A DNA stretch of 63,367 nucleotides, filler included, from Globobulimina sp. (Eukaryota): assembly GCA_003354225.1 (NCBI GenBank). It is 36 parts of 36 records of this genome, joined end to end, with 100 filler letters (N's around TTAATTAATTAA, not from the genome) between each part and the next. Parts side by side here need not be neighbours in the genome. Positions count along the whole stretch, not along the records: positions 35,270 to 36,932 come from PIVH01013442.1; positions 37,033 to 38,695 come from PIVH01013443.1; positions 38,796 to 40,458 come from PIVH01013444.1; positions 40,559 to 42,221 come from PIVH01013445.1; positions 42,322 to 43,984 come from PIVH01013446.1; positions 44,085 to 45,747 come from PIVH01013447.1; positions 45,848 to 47,509 come from PIVH01013448.1; positions 47,610 to 49,271 come from PIVH01013449.1; 28 more parts are not named here. The stretch is one strand, 5' to 3'. The notes beneath the pieces were generated by a model. That model ran no database searches. It was given only the letters and a program-made list of their open reading frames with translations, and had not been told where the DNA came from. Made by a program: the position numbers and the translations under genes. Numbering within the stretch: the first letter of the stretch is position 1; each line of letters starts with the position of its first letter. This document shows, one piece after another, positions 35,506 through 47,839 of this stretch.

Positions 35506-37234
35506 AGAAAGTTTCAACAATTTTCAATTTTTGACCATTTTTGGGCTCAGAAATGACAAAAAGTAAAAATGTGAATTTTTGCTAGGGATTAAGCTAGAAG
35601 CATAAAACTTTGAGGTTTTGTTACACTAACCTATGGGTGTTGTATCTGTAAAAATTTTGAAATTAGACGAAGTTTTGAAAGAGTTATGGCCATTACAATA
35701 AAACATGATTTCTTGGACATTTTCACACAAAACTCGGCACCACGTTAGAATTTTAACACCAAACCTTAACTGCAAGTTGGAAATATAATGGGTCATATTG
35801 CTACCAAAAATTATTAAAATTAGTCAAGAAACAAAGAAGTTATAGCTATTTGAAAAAAGTGCAAAATGTCGATGTGACATTTCTTAAACACCCCTGTATT
35901 TCACTGTTAGGGCATTTATGACCTGGGAGACCCTACCTAGCCCGTCGGACTACTAAATGTGATCCAGCCATAGAAAAAGTAGACTTTCGGATAGTCCGAA
36001 TCGATGAAAGAACGTCATTTGACACTGATGAGACTTTTGAAATCTTTATCATTTGAGGTTCCTACTTTAAAATCGTTCAAAAATGCTGTAAATTTGAACT
36101 ACGAAAAAAAGTTTTAATATGATAATTCTCCCAATTAGAATCTTGGCCCCAGATGTTTTATTACTGATATTGTTTCTTTGGGTTATTGTAATGCTAACGC
36201 ACATGAGCTTAGGAGGCAGCTCGATGGTCTTACTTGTTCGCCTACCTCCAAAGATGGTACCTAAAACAAGGTTTTTTTCAACATTTTGCCGTATATCTCT
36301 ATAATCAGTACTTTGATTTTAACCTTGAAATATATCAAAAGAAGCACAATTCCATGGGCTATTTAACGCAAAAACGATCGATTGGATAGCTTCAAATGCG
36401 GCCGAGTTATAGCCGTTTGAAATTCGCAAAGTCCAAAAACATGTTTTTTTCCGTCATGTTTTCACTAATATCTCAGCAACTAAAAGTCGGATTTCGACCA
36501 AGTAGGTCTCAAAAGAAGCGTCATATAATTGTCTTCAAACATGTAAAAAGTGAATATTCTAGCTTAAAACGCGGTATACTTATAGTCGTTTGAGTGTGTC
36601 AAGTCTGGGGTCTATGAGCGAAAAATGTTTTTTGGCACTGTGCCAAGACACGAGGAATTCGTCAAAATCCTTGATTACGGTAACTAAACTACATCATACC
36701 TTACTATTACAACCAGTCTTAATCAATTCTGGTATACCCGTGTTTACAGAGAGTATGAGTTTTGCCCGATTCTTACAGACAATGCCAATTAACATATATA
36801 TATATATATATATATATATCCCTGTGTACCATACATGGAAATGTTACCATACCTTATGAAACATCCTAGACTGACAGTAACAGATTGTTAAGTGATTACA
36901 AAAATGCAATGAAATATAATGCAAATAGCAAANNNNNNNNNNNNNNNNNNNNNNNNNNNNNNNNNNNNNNNNNNNNTTAATTAATTAANNNNNNNNNNNN
37001 NNNNNNNNNNNNNNNNNNNNNNNNNNNNNNNNATATATTTTTAAGTAGTTTGCAAGTTGAGATTGCTGCGAATGTTTAAGTAGTTTTTCAATTAAAATTG
37101 CAAAATGCAGTATAATTGATTGGAAATCTCCAATCCCATTTATGCTCAAACAACATGTGTCCATTGAACACCTGGTGACCAAATGCATGCACAAATGGTA
37201 CCAATTCAATAATTTCAATTGACGCTTTTCATAA

Positions 37235-38335
37235 TTATAAAATATTAATTTTCCAATGAGCAGCATTCCAATCAACAGCATTGTAATTTTGAAAACCCGT
37301 TTGCTGAGCAACATATCTTCCAAACAATGCCATAAATTCATTCTCAAATGCAATTAATGCATCGTCTGTATCCGCATCCGCATCGGTATCATTTCCGAAT
37401 AATAATGGACGGATTCTATTTGCTTCCACACGGCAATAAACAAAACATGTTTCATTTGATCCAAAAAAGTTCTTTAACATATTTTGCATAACATCCATTT
37501 TTATTTTGTTTACCTGAGTTCTTGATACAATTCGCAATCCAAAATTATCCATTAAATTTCTCAAGTTTTGCCTCTTTTGACTGCGGTCATAATAAATTGA
37601 GTCAAACTGTGGAATATTTAGTGCCGTGGCATAATGATCGAAGATGAATTCATAGAGATGGACAAAATATAATTTATAAAACATTGTCCCACCGGAAAAC
37701 ATGGGATATAAAACATGCGATATCCACGGAAAATTATCAAATACCCCAAGATGGAAAACGTTTCTTTCAAACACAAATATTTCATAATGAACTTGTTTGC
37801 ATTCTGTTTCTGAGATTGTGTCTGGAACCGCTCCCAGTGTTGCACGAGAAGCTAAGATTAATAATTTGAGTTTTTGTTGCAGGTCAATCGGTAAATGGAG
37901 ATATTTGATTTTCAGTGTTAATGCATGATATTCGGAGAGGGTCATTCCACGGCGATTTAAGGCACAATCAATTTGGCGACGGGTTGGATGAAATGGCGAT
38001 TTATAAATTCGTATAATAGCATTTGATAAATTCATTTCATTCATTCCAAATAATTCTGATAATTGAAGTGTTTTTGTTAAATTTGCAATCTTTGCAAAAT
38101 CAGCTGAATCATTTTCATTTTTAAGAGAATAAATAATTGATTTTAATTCTTGCATTGCGTCAATTTCTGCCTTATAATGCTGATAGGTCTTATTATTGAT
38201 TGTCAGTACATTATTAAAAATATCTTTATTTGGTAGCAGTGGCAAAATGTGTTCGTAAAATACTTCGTATGGTAAACTGGAAAAATTAGCCGCAGTACAA
38301 AGCCGCAATACAATCCAGAAAATGATGATATTCAT
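37235..38335 (-). CDS. Signal-peptide protein with an F-box-like motif
   Basis: MNIIIFWIVLRLCTAA followed by FSSLPYEVFYEHILPLLP.KDI..VLTINNK. Confidence 0.55.
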   Translation of the reverse strand: MNIIIFWIVLRLCTAANFSSLPYEVFYEHILPLLPNKDIFNNVLTINNKTYQHYKAEIDAMQELKSIIYSLKNENDSADFAKIANLTKTLQLSELFGMNEMNLSNAIIRIYKSPFHPTRRQIDCALNRRGMTLSEYHALTLKIKYLHLPIDLQQKLKLLILASRATLGAVPDTISETECKQVHYEIFVFERNVFHLGVFDNFPWISHVLYPMFSGGTMFYKLYFVHLYEFIFDHYATALNIPQFDSIYYDRSQKRQNLRNLMDNFGLRIVSRTQVNKIKMDVMQNMLKNFFGSNETCFVYCRVEANRIRPLLFGNDTDADADTDDALIAFENEFMALFGRYVAQQTGFQNYNAVDWNAAHWKINIL

Positions 38336-38814
38336 TTTTATGTTTTGTAAATAAGAAGTGAGTAAAGTGCGCTATTCCGTATGTCCGATTATTGTGTTAA
38401 ATATCAAATAGACAAATGACTAATGATTTGCATCAAGTTTCAAGTACTTCAGTGAAGTTTTTGACCACAACAACAACATCTTTTTTCCAAACACCATTCC
38501 TTTACAACTAAACTTAAATATGTCATATATATCAAATAATAATCCATCACAATGTGTAGGTTCGAGCATGCAATGGCCACAAAATAACGACCCATGCACC
38601 CAAATATTACCTACGTTTCCAATTGTAAATCAACCATATTATGATTTACAAACACAATTTCTTCCAAATAACTGCCCCATCACAACTGACACCACNNNNN
38701 NNNNNNNNNNNNNNNNNNNNNNNNNNNNNNNNNNNNNNNTTAATTAATTAANNNNNNNNNNNNNNNNNNNNNNNNNNNNNNNNNNNNNNNNNNNNTTTTT
38801 TACTTTGACACATA

Positions 38815-40249
38815 ATGTCTCAACCTTTCAGTGCCAAACCAGCCCATTTGCCAGATGGGTATGCATTTTACAAAAAGATTGGATCACCAAAATTTATTTG
38901 CGCTCCAATGGTTGAACAATCTGAGGTACGCTATCAATTTCCTTTTCCATCATTTTAATGACACCATCATCATAAACATAAATGATCATTAATTTTTCCA
39001 GCTGCCATTTCGTTTATTATGTCGTTCATACAACATTCCATTATGTTACTCACCAATGATACACAGCAAGATGTTCATAACGCACCCGAGATATTCAGAA
39101 TCTGTGTTTCAAACTTGTTCAGAAGATCATCCTTTGATAGCTCAATTTTGTGCCAACGATCCAGATGTTTTGCTATCAGCAGCTAAACTTATTCAACACA
39201 AAGTAGATGCGATCGATTTGAACTTTGGATGCCCGCAACGCATTGCTAAACGTGGTAATTACGGAGCATTCTTACTGAAAGATGTGGATTTGATGTGCAC
39301 ATTGGTCAATACCTTGGTTACCAATCTGTCGATTCCTATTTGTGCTAAAATACGTATCGTTTCTGATGAAACACAAACATTGGAAATATGTCAACGTTTG
39401 AGAGAATCCGGCATTTCGCTGTTAACAGTCCATGGAAGAACCGTCAAATGCAAAAAAGGCAAAATTGGTCCCTGCAATTTTGGAATAATTAAAAAGATCA
39501 AAGCAAGTTTGGATATTCCTGTCTTTGCAAATGGAGGTTGTGAGGATATGAATGATGTGATGAATTGTTTGAAAATAACTAATTGCGATGGTTACATGGC
39601 AGCGGAGTCCATTTTATCTGATCCTTCTATATTTTATGGCAAATTGGATGTATTTAAAATATCCAGAGATTATATTGCTTTTTGTAAAAGATTATATTAC
39701 TCGAAAAAATGGATCAGTCGCAATAAATATATTGCAGTCAAGAAACATTTATTGAAGATTTTGTACCGTGAATTGACTATATTTCAGGACATAAGGAACT
39801 CGTTAGGCGGCACAGATGATTTGCAATGGATATGGAATGTTGTTGATTTGTTGGAAATGAGAAGGAAAAACATGAATAAATTTCTTTATCAATTTATTTA
39901 TGATAAAGTTACAGTAAATTATTATCACCGACATTGGAAATCATACAAACAAATTAAGGCAATGGATATTTGGGAGATTATTTGGAATGAATGCACTAAA
40001 CCGATCGAGAAAAATGAGTCGGAATTAATTGGATTGTTGGTACAATATAAAGTGTTGAACTATGATGAATGTAAAGCGAAATTAATGCTGAGTGCGCGGC
40101 AAATAATTAATTTAAAGATTGTTGAAATGCAAAAACAGAAAGAAGAAATTAGAAGGAATGAAAATATGAACAGAGAAAGTGAAGCAAATCTGATAAATTC
40201 CATGTTTGGAATGCATCAAGACTCAGATGATGAAGATCTTGATTCTTAA
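38815..40249 (+). CDS. DUS1: tRNA-dihydrouridine(16/17) synthase; exon 1 38815-38925, intron 38926-39001
   Basis: Spliced APMVEQSE|LPFR; PLIAQFCAND, DLNFGCPQRIAKRGNYGAFL, LTVHGR, PVFANG. Confidence 0.92.
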
Positions 40250-40558
40250 TTTTTGATTTAGAAAACTGTCAGGTGACTGCTTGCTAATCACAACGCACAC
40301 GTATACCACAAGAAATTAAAATTAAAATTATGTTTTATTCGTTGATTATCGGAGGTGTGGTAGGCTGTGCGTTCTTTGTTGGTTAATTTTGTATGCTATC
40401 ATTTCTTTTTTTATATTTGTAACATAACTCAATTCTATATTTAGTATTAATCCACACANNNNNNNNNNNNNNNNNNNNNNNNNNNNNNNNNNNNNNNNNN
40501 NNTTAATTAATTAANNNNNNNNNNNNNNNNNNNNNNNNNNNNNNNNNNNNNNNNNNNN

Positions 40559-40946
40559 CAATATGAATATGGCGAGAACCAATGTGGCGGCATTGATGGT
40601 GCCGTCGTTGCCGAAGATGAATGCGCCGAATCCAAATATCCGAGCGCAAAATAATAAAAATCAGAAAGATGGCAAGGGCAAAATCAAAAAACAGTCGCCA
40701 ACTCCGCCAGTTTTGGGTGCGCAGAAAAATAGGAAGAGGAATAACAGGGATAAGGGGAATAAAAAGAATAGCAACAAAGTGCAGCCTCCACAGAAGAAAA
40801 GAAAGGTGGATCATAATATGAACATGAATATGAACAATATGAATAATAATAATCTTTTAGGGAATATTATGAATAATCCGGTGATGTTGCAAATGTTAAT
40901 GAATCAAGTCAGTGGGAATAATTCATCGCATTCGCAAAATCAATAA
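40559..40946 (+). CDS. Low-complexity Asn/Lys/Met-rich C-terminal fragment
   Basis: Open frame from the contig edge with biased composition. Confidence 0.4.
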
Positions 40947-41152
40947 CTTTATTTGTTTTTTTTAGACATAACTTATAATGTTTAATAAATACTACATAAC
41001 TACGTTAATATTTTTTTCTTGTTTTTTTTGCTGAGCTCCGTTTGGTTTTTGGAATGTTGATTGTTTGAAAAAATAATTGTAATTGATTAGCTCATTGAGT
41101 ATGTTATGATTATTTTGTATGTATATACAATTATTACTAACTAAAAAGATAA

Positions 41153-42045
41153 ATGTTTTTGAGTGCTGGAGTGTGTCGTCTGCAAACATTGTTTTCTTCT
41201 CTTTCTGCAGTGCGTTTCATGTCGAATAATCGAGGAAGAGGACGAGGTTATAACAATAGAGGTCATAACAAAAAGAATTACAGTAAAGGGGATATCAGAC
41301 ATTACTCTGCAAAGAATTCAAACAACAAACATTCACATAAAAAAGGCACTCAATTCACAGTCACAGAAGTTATCGTTGTGGAAGAACCATCGATAATAAC
41401 CACTGGAATTCAAAAAATAAAGGAAAAGATAACAGGAAATAATAACAATAACAACAACAATAAAAACCAACACAACTCACACAACAAATATAATAATAAA
41501 CAGAATACTAACAACAAAAGCAATTCCCATCATTCATCCCCATCATACGACAAAAAATCAAATTTCCAACCTAACAAATATTCAAATAATCAGAAACATT
41601 CATCACCGCCAAATACAGGAAATTATAACAGTGATTCAAGCAATTTATCCATGGGATCATCTGCCTCCTCATCATCCTCCCAATCCAATGCACATAAATT
41701 ATATCCCTTACCATGTAAATCCGGACAACGATGGCAACAAATTGTTACCGTATTAACTAAACCAATGAATAACTGTACTGACTTAATCAAAGCACTGTAT
41801 CAATTAGCTGGAGGTAACAAAATATATTTATATATAATTGTTGTGTATTCCACCTATGCGGGTGCGAGGATACTAACATTATAACACAAATGCTGAAATA
41901 CACAGAGAAACAAAAAAGTCAATTATGCTGCAAAGGACTGGCTGCCTTATTAACTAACTGTATGACAGTGAATGATCAGAAGATATTCTATCAAGTGACC
42001 CTTCCATTTATTATCCAATCCGCTCTTAATCTGCCCGCAGTTGAG
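41153..42045 (+). CDS. PARG: Poly(ADP-ribose) glycohydrolase-like protein, N-terminal exons
   Basis: RWQQIVTVLTKPMNNCTDLIKAL, intron, then IFYQVTLPFIIQSALNLP parallels the PARG helical domain (RW.LI..AL....L..AI / LP.....AL.LP). Confidence 0.55.
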
Positions 42046-42321
42046 TAAGAAAGAAAACATTTAAATAAACTTAAGTAACAAAAAAAACATAACGCCATCA
42101 CAAACAAACAAAAATTGTGAATATTATACTCAATCTAAAACAATAATACTTGAGTCTATTTTGCGTTTCTTTTTTGGTGGCGGCCCCCTTTTTATTCGCA
42201 TCTGTTGGAAATCCCATTCATNNNNNNNNNNNNNNNNNNNNNNNNNNNNNNNNNNNNNNNNNNNNTTAATTAATTAANNNNNNNNNNNNNNNNNNNNNNN
42301 NNNNNNNNNNNNNNNNNNNNN

Positions 42322-43264
42322 ACTTGGGCAATATCAACGCGACCGGATATCCTTCAGATATGATATACTGCGTCGTATCATTAATGTCATTAAACGATTT
42401 TGATAGACACGCTTTAATGATATGGTCATGAATCACATCGTGTGGCACCCGCACCGCCACAGTCAACACATCGCTTAAAGTGATATGTTCCGCTTGCGAC
42501 TTCATCAAAGACGCCATCTGTAACAAAGTAATGCATTTCCTCATATCCCCCTCACTCATCGCTATAATCTCATTAATCACATCATTATGAATGCAGATTT
42601 TTTCATGGCCCGCGATCTCTGTCAATTTGGTAAACATTGACTGTTGAGATAAGGGCTGGAATCTAAACTTACTGCATCGACTGGCAACGGGTGCAATGAT
42701 ACGAGAGACATAGTTGCAAATTAAGCAGAAACGCGTGATATTTGAATATTTCTCCATAGTCCGACGCAAAGCAGTTTGGGCATCGCGTGTCATGGAGTCC
42801 GCCTCATCCAATATTATGATTTTGTAGGGCGGGCATGGATAGCCGTGCTCTTTGGCGTGTTTGTTGACGGTGTGCTGTGCAAAGGTTTTGATCTTCGAAC
42901 GAACGATATTTATTCCTCGCTCATCCGAGGCATTTAATTCTAAGACCCGAGATTTCATTAAATTTGGACTGATTTTGTTGGTTTTTTTTGTGTTTGATCT
43001 GCAAACGGAAATATAGGAAATATAGATGTGATACCCATATAATTGTCGAGAAAGTGCGAGGATTGTGGATGTTTTGCCGGTGCCGGGCGGGCCGTAAAAT
43101 AATAAATGCGTTAAATTTGCAGTTTGGATGCTGTTTTTTAATGTTGATACAACATGCGATTGATGTGCGATTTCGTCGATGTTGCGTGGTCGATATTTCT
43201 CAATCCATGGTAAGTATTCGCGGTGTTTGATATTTATTTTGCTTTTGCCTTTTGTTCTTGCCAT
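42322..43264 (-). CDS. RFC4: Replication factor C small subunit (human RFC4 / yeast Rfc2), with a 66-nt in-frame intron 42969-43034
   Basis: [43 protein letters not shown]. Removing the GT..AG segment restores [11 protein letters not shown]. Confidence 0.92.
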
Positions 43265-43290
43265 GTTGCGATCAGTAAAATGTAAAAGTA

Positions 43291-43860
43291 ATGTCCGGTA
43301 CGTCCGAAAACTTGCATGGTACGCAGACTATGCATAAAACTGTGAAAGATTATTATGTTAATCGAATTGCATTGCAACGTAGTTATAACCATGCATCGCA
43401 AGTACAGTATCACAAAGAAACAAATTATTTAATATCGGAAGAGGCCGATTTATGGATTAATTATGATGATGTGTCGTGTAATCATGTTTGCAATAAAGAT
43501 TTAAATGAACTGCGAGAAGTTGCTATTGGTGATTTAAAAGTTGGTATAAATCATGGAGTCAAAATAACTGCGAAAACGATAGTAAAACCGAGAGGAATCG
43601 TGAATGTTTCTGTAATCTTAGAGGATAAAACTGGATATGTTGTTGTTTGTGCTATTTATAATTATACACAAATCATGCAACACTGCATAAATAATTTAAA
43701 TAAAATATTACCAGTTGGCACTGACTTAATTATTAAAGAACCATATATTAAACTGTTCCAATCAAATTCTGTTGGTATTCGTGTTGATAATTGGCATACA
43801 AACTTAGTTGTTTTTGATGATTATTTACGAGAGAAATTGAGAAACGATATCAAGACAGAT
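43291..43860 (+). CDS. Protein with an OB-like domain resembling the N-terminus of TPR-SET proteins
   Basis: [33 protein letters not shown] (recalled similarity). Confidence 0.5.
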
Positions 43861-44094
43861 CAAGATTTATGGCCATGTCCCCTTCCTCCGCCTATTAGCC
43901 ATACGAAGTCAACTTCTAGGCGTCTCCGAGCTAGAGTGGCAGCTAAGCGAGCTGTCAGGAACCATCACTACTCACTACTAACTANNNNNNNNNNNNNNNN
44001 NNNNNNNNNNNNNNNNNNNNNNNNNNNNTTAATTAATTAANNNNNNNNNNNNNNNNNNNNNNNNNNNNNNNNNNNNNNNNNNNNTTTTTTAATG

Positions 44095-44202
44095 TTGGGT
44101 AACCCGACGACGACGACGATTCATTTTTTTTTATTATTACACTTTGTACAACTTTTTTTAATTTTGGGTAACCCGACGACGACGACGATTCATTTTTTTT
44201 TT
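44095..44202. repeat. Direct repeat, 2 x TTGGGTAACCCGACGACGACGACGATTCATTTTTTTTT
   Basis: Copies at ~44096-44132 and ~44164-44202. Confidence 0.85.
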
Positions 44203-44289
44203 CAAACTAACTATAAACGGAGTCCTCCGCAAGCTCCGGCCACCGAATAATATTCGTAAATTATTTATGATGTCATTAATATTAAATGA

Positions 44290-45747
44290 GGCTATGGCAC
44301 TAATTCTGACTTTAATATGTTTGTCGGCAACGCGTTGAGCTGTGTCTGTCCTTTGGCTGATATCGAATTATATGACTCCTCCTTATTTGGCTAAACCATT
44401 GAATACACTAATATTATTATTCAACATTGATGGTTAGCATAGCCGCAAATTCAACATTGTCTTGAAATTCAAATTTAACAATTTCAACATCAATAATTGC
44501 AAATCGTTCAATATCAGCAAATGAAGAATTATATTTATTGGTCATATTCATTAACAAATGATGAGTTGAATAAAATTAATACATCATCGACAGCAACATT
44601 ATATTTAGGTGGTAAACATACGCCGAACGGTGCTTAAATATCTTATCTTCCGTGGCTTCCTCAATATATTTTGTCGAAAATGATGGAATTACATTTTTAA
44701 ACAATAATTCGGTGCAATTTAATAAAAGTGTTGAATCATACAAGTTTGACATTAAATGCTCTGTCCACAAATAATATATATATTCATGCGGATTTTGTTT
44801 GTAATGCTGCTGCTGAGCATGATATGTTACAATTATCTTCATACTCAGCAATATCCACAGTATCTGGTGCAATCACTGAATATTATCGGAGTGACATTCG
44901 TTTAGATGCCACGACAAGCATAAACTCCTCACTGTCTACCTTATCAAACTCTGAACAATGTTTGTCGGTCCATTCAATGCTAATTGGCCGGGCATCCTAC
45001 ACACTGTGCAGTCCTACACAATATAATATGAAAATTGTGCAATCGAAATTTAATATTTAATTCCAAGAATGGCTCTATTCATATCTCTGGCTTTGTGCTG
45101 GATGGTATTCAAAAATGGATATGTCCAAATCCGCGCAGCAACAGCAAATGCAAGCAATCAATACATTGAGTTTAACGAAAATGCGGTGCACTTATCTGGG
45201 AATAGCGGTGGCATTGTCGGCGGGTATTATGGCCTCTGATTTGAGCTCAAATATAACATTTGCAATACAAATTTTATTTTGTAGTGGAAATAGTTTAGAA
45301 TGTAAGTCGCCATCCACTGGCATTCAATTGTACCTCGTCAGGATATAGTGCTACCATCAATTTGCAATCATCATTTATTTCATTAGCGGCGTCGTCTAAA
45401 ATAGACACAACATTAAATAATACAGAATTGGATGTTATTTGGTTGCATCCATTCTGTGATGATGTAGCAGTGTGTATTATGAATATTGGTGGCAATATAA
45501 ATCATAGAAATAATAATTTTACAATAACCAACACATCGTCAAGCGCAGTATTATATTTTGGTGGCAGTGATGCGCACATATAATAAATATTTATGATATT
45601 TCCCTAATATCTTACATTGGATCCGAATTTCAGATATTTATGATAATTTCAGATATTTATTGGTAGTACCTTAGAATTCACGTCACCATCAAGTGGTATC
45701 TTATTACAAGGTGACACTGGTAATTGGACAATGAATTATGCCGCAAA
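44290..45747 (+). pseudogene. Degenerate coding-like region broken by stops and frameshifts
   Basis: Successive short plus ORFs (44728, 45115, 45362) of similar Asn/Ser/Ile-rich composition in shifting frames. Confidence 0.3.
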
Positions 45748-46300
45748 NNNNNNNNNNNNNNNNNNNNNNNNNNNNNNNNNNNNNNNNNNNNTTAATTAAT
45801 TAANNNNNNNNNNNNNNNNNNNNNNNNNNNNNNNNNNNNNNNNNNNNGGAATGAATGTTGCATTGTATCGACATGCGGTTATGGATAATAATAACGTTGA
45901 TATTGAAATGAATGCTATAACTTTTTTAAAACAAATTAATTCCATCAATGAACCACAGGAAACGGATAAACAACCAAATGATGCAAAAAAGGACAAAGGA
46001 TCGCCCATTTCTGTTGTTATGTATTTAGCGAGGAATTATATGAACAATTGTTGGCATTCGTATTTTAAAAAAGATGGCACGATTTGGTGTATTGAAGATT
46101 GTGTCGATACATTAATGAAACACAGCGGTTTATTGAATGTGAAATGTGCCTTTTTTCAGATGTGGTGATTATTTACAATTTTATACAGTACATTTTTGGA
46201 AAAACTATTCAACGATAAATATCCTGTCGTGAATATTAAAAATGCGAATGAGCTACGCGCGTTTTGTATGTTAGTAATTGGTTTAGAAAGTGAAGAAAGT

Positions 46301-47385
46301 CTAAGGCGACATATTGAATCTGCATGGCCTAAACTGAAATGTGAGAAAGAATGTGAAGGCAATGAAGAATATGATGGAAGCAATTACTTTGAATTGCAAC
46401 AACATTGCATTATTGATTATTATTAAATTATTTCGGATATTCGCAAAACGAAAAAAAAATTCTTTTGCGTAATCAATAATTATAAAATTGACAATTATAT
46501 TATTTTGACATTGTTTACAAATACCATCTTGAAGCTCCCTATAACACCCATCTCGTTTGCAAAAAAAATAATCACAAACACTGCAATTTACTCCATTTTT
46601 TGGATCCGAACAATTATCGCAGAATGAAACAAAACATCCATCACAAATTTGCCTTGTCCTCCGAGATCCTCTTTTAATGGCTTCACGCTGACAGTCATCG
46701 CAAATACAATCACCACAAGTATCACAAACTAAGGCGTCGCCTCCTTCATCTAACAGGCACTCCCAACAAACTTCATTTCCACAACCTCTGCACTCATAAA
46801 TTGCTGTACAACAATTTGCGTGTGCTCCTGCATCACAGTGTGTAAATTGTTGATGTACTGCGCAGGCCCAACTACTATGTGGACATTGACAATAAATCCC
46901 TTGTTGTTCATCTGTACAATATAAACATTTATAGCCCATCACATCAGCAAAACAAAGTGTTGAATTGGCATCCAAGTAATGACATTTTTTCTTAGTTTTA
47001 AAATATTGAATGGTTTGACAACAAATAAAATTTGTGGTAAATGGAGCACATAATTTGTTGTTTCTGCTTTTTGTAATTTTATGCAATCCTCATTTAATAT
47101 ATTTATTCCAATCTTACATTCTGCGCATTCTTTAATTTTTCCAGTTGCATATTCTGCCATTTCTTTATTAATCTCAAACGGAACATTTAATATTTGAGCT
47201 AATTCACTTTCTCGGACAGTATCAAAAATAGCTAAGAATTCCTTATGATCCATTTCATTCTTAAATATGCAGTTAATAGCTGACTCATTCGATGATTTCA
47301 TTCGCTTTGTTGGTGGTTCTTGTATTAATTCATTTAATTCACCTGATTCTAACAAACTTCGCTTCTTTGACTTTGAGGCTGTCAT
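46301..47385 (-). CDS. CxxC-rich (Zn-ribbon array) protein, two exons
   Basis: N-terminal exon (VPFEINKEMAEYATG), then more than 8 CxxC pairs; frame change across an AT-rich segment at ~46990-47035. Confidence 0.65.
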
Positions 47386-47609
47386 TGTTTCGCACAGTCA
47401 AAAAAATCACAATAAAACTATTTAGATCACAAACCATCCGTTCGTAACTACCAACAATATCAAACGAAATGAGTAACAAGAATGATGTGTCAGGGTTTAA
47501 CCCACAAGANNNNNNNNNNNNNNNNNNNNNNNNNNNNNNNNNNNNNNNNNNNNTTAATTAATTAANNNNNNNNNNNNNNNNNNNNNNNNNNNNNNNNNNN
47601 NNNNNNNNN

Positions 47610-47746
47610 CATCCTGTTTTCAGCGTCAGATTTTTATTGTTTCTTAGAAACGAAAGCAAACCTATATTCTTTTTACCTTTATCAGCCACCAGAAACGGTT
47701 TGCTTATACCTTGCCCCAATAAAAATCTGACGCTGAAGACCGGATG
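47610..47746. mobile_element. MITE-like element, 137 bp, with 30-bp terminal inverted repeats (28/30 match)
   Basis: CATCCTGTTTTCAGCGTCAGATTTTTATTG ... CAATAAAAATCTGACGCTGAAGACCGGATG. Confidence 0.7.
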
Positions 47747-47839
47747 CTCTTTATCTGATTTATACCGCGAACAAAATGGATTTCATTTACGCAGTTTTTA
47801 AACCTAAAAAAACTTTGTTTGCATGTTGCCACTTGTGTG

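Noticed and set aside
24692..42045. ART plus PARG as a linked writer/eraser system
   Set aside because: They are on different contigs whose adjacency is arbitrary, so there is no linkage evidence.
44205..44230. TAACTATAAACGGAGTCCT resembling the LSU rRNA I-CeuI site
   Set aside because: Only a partial match with no flanking rRNA similarity.
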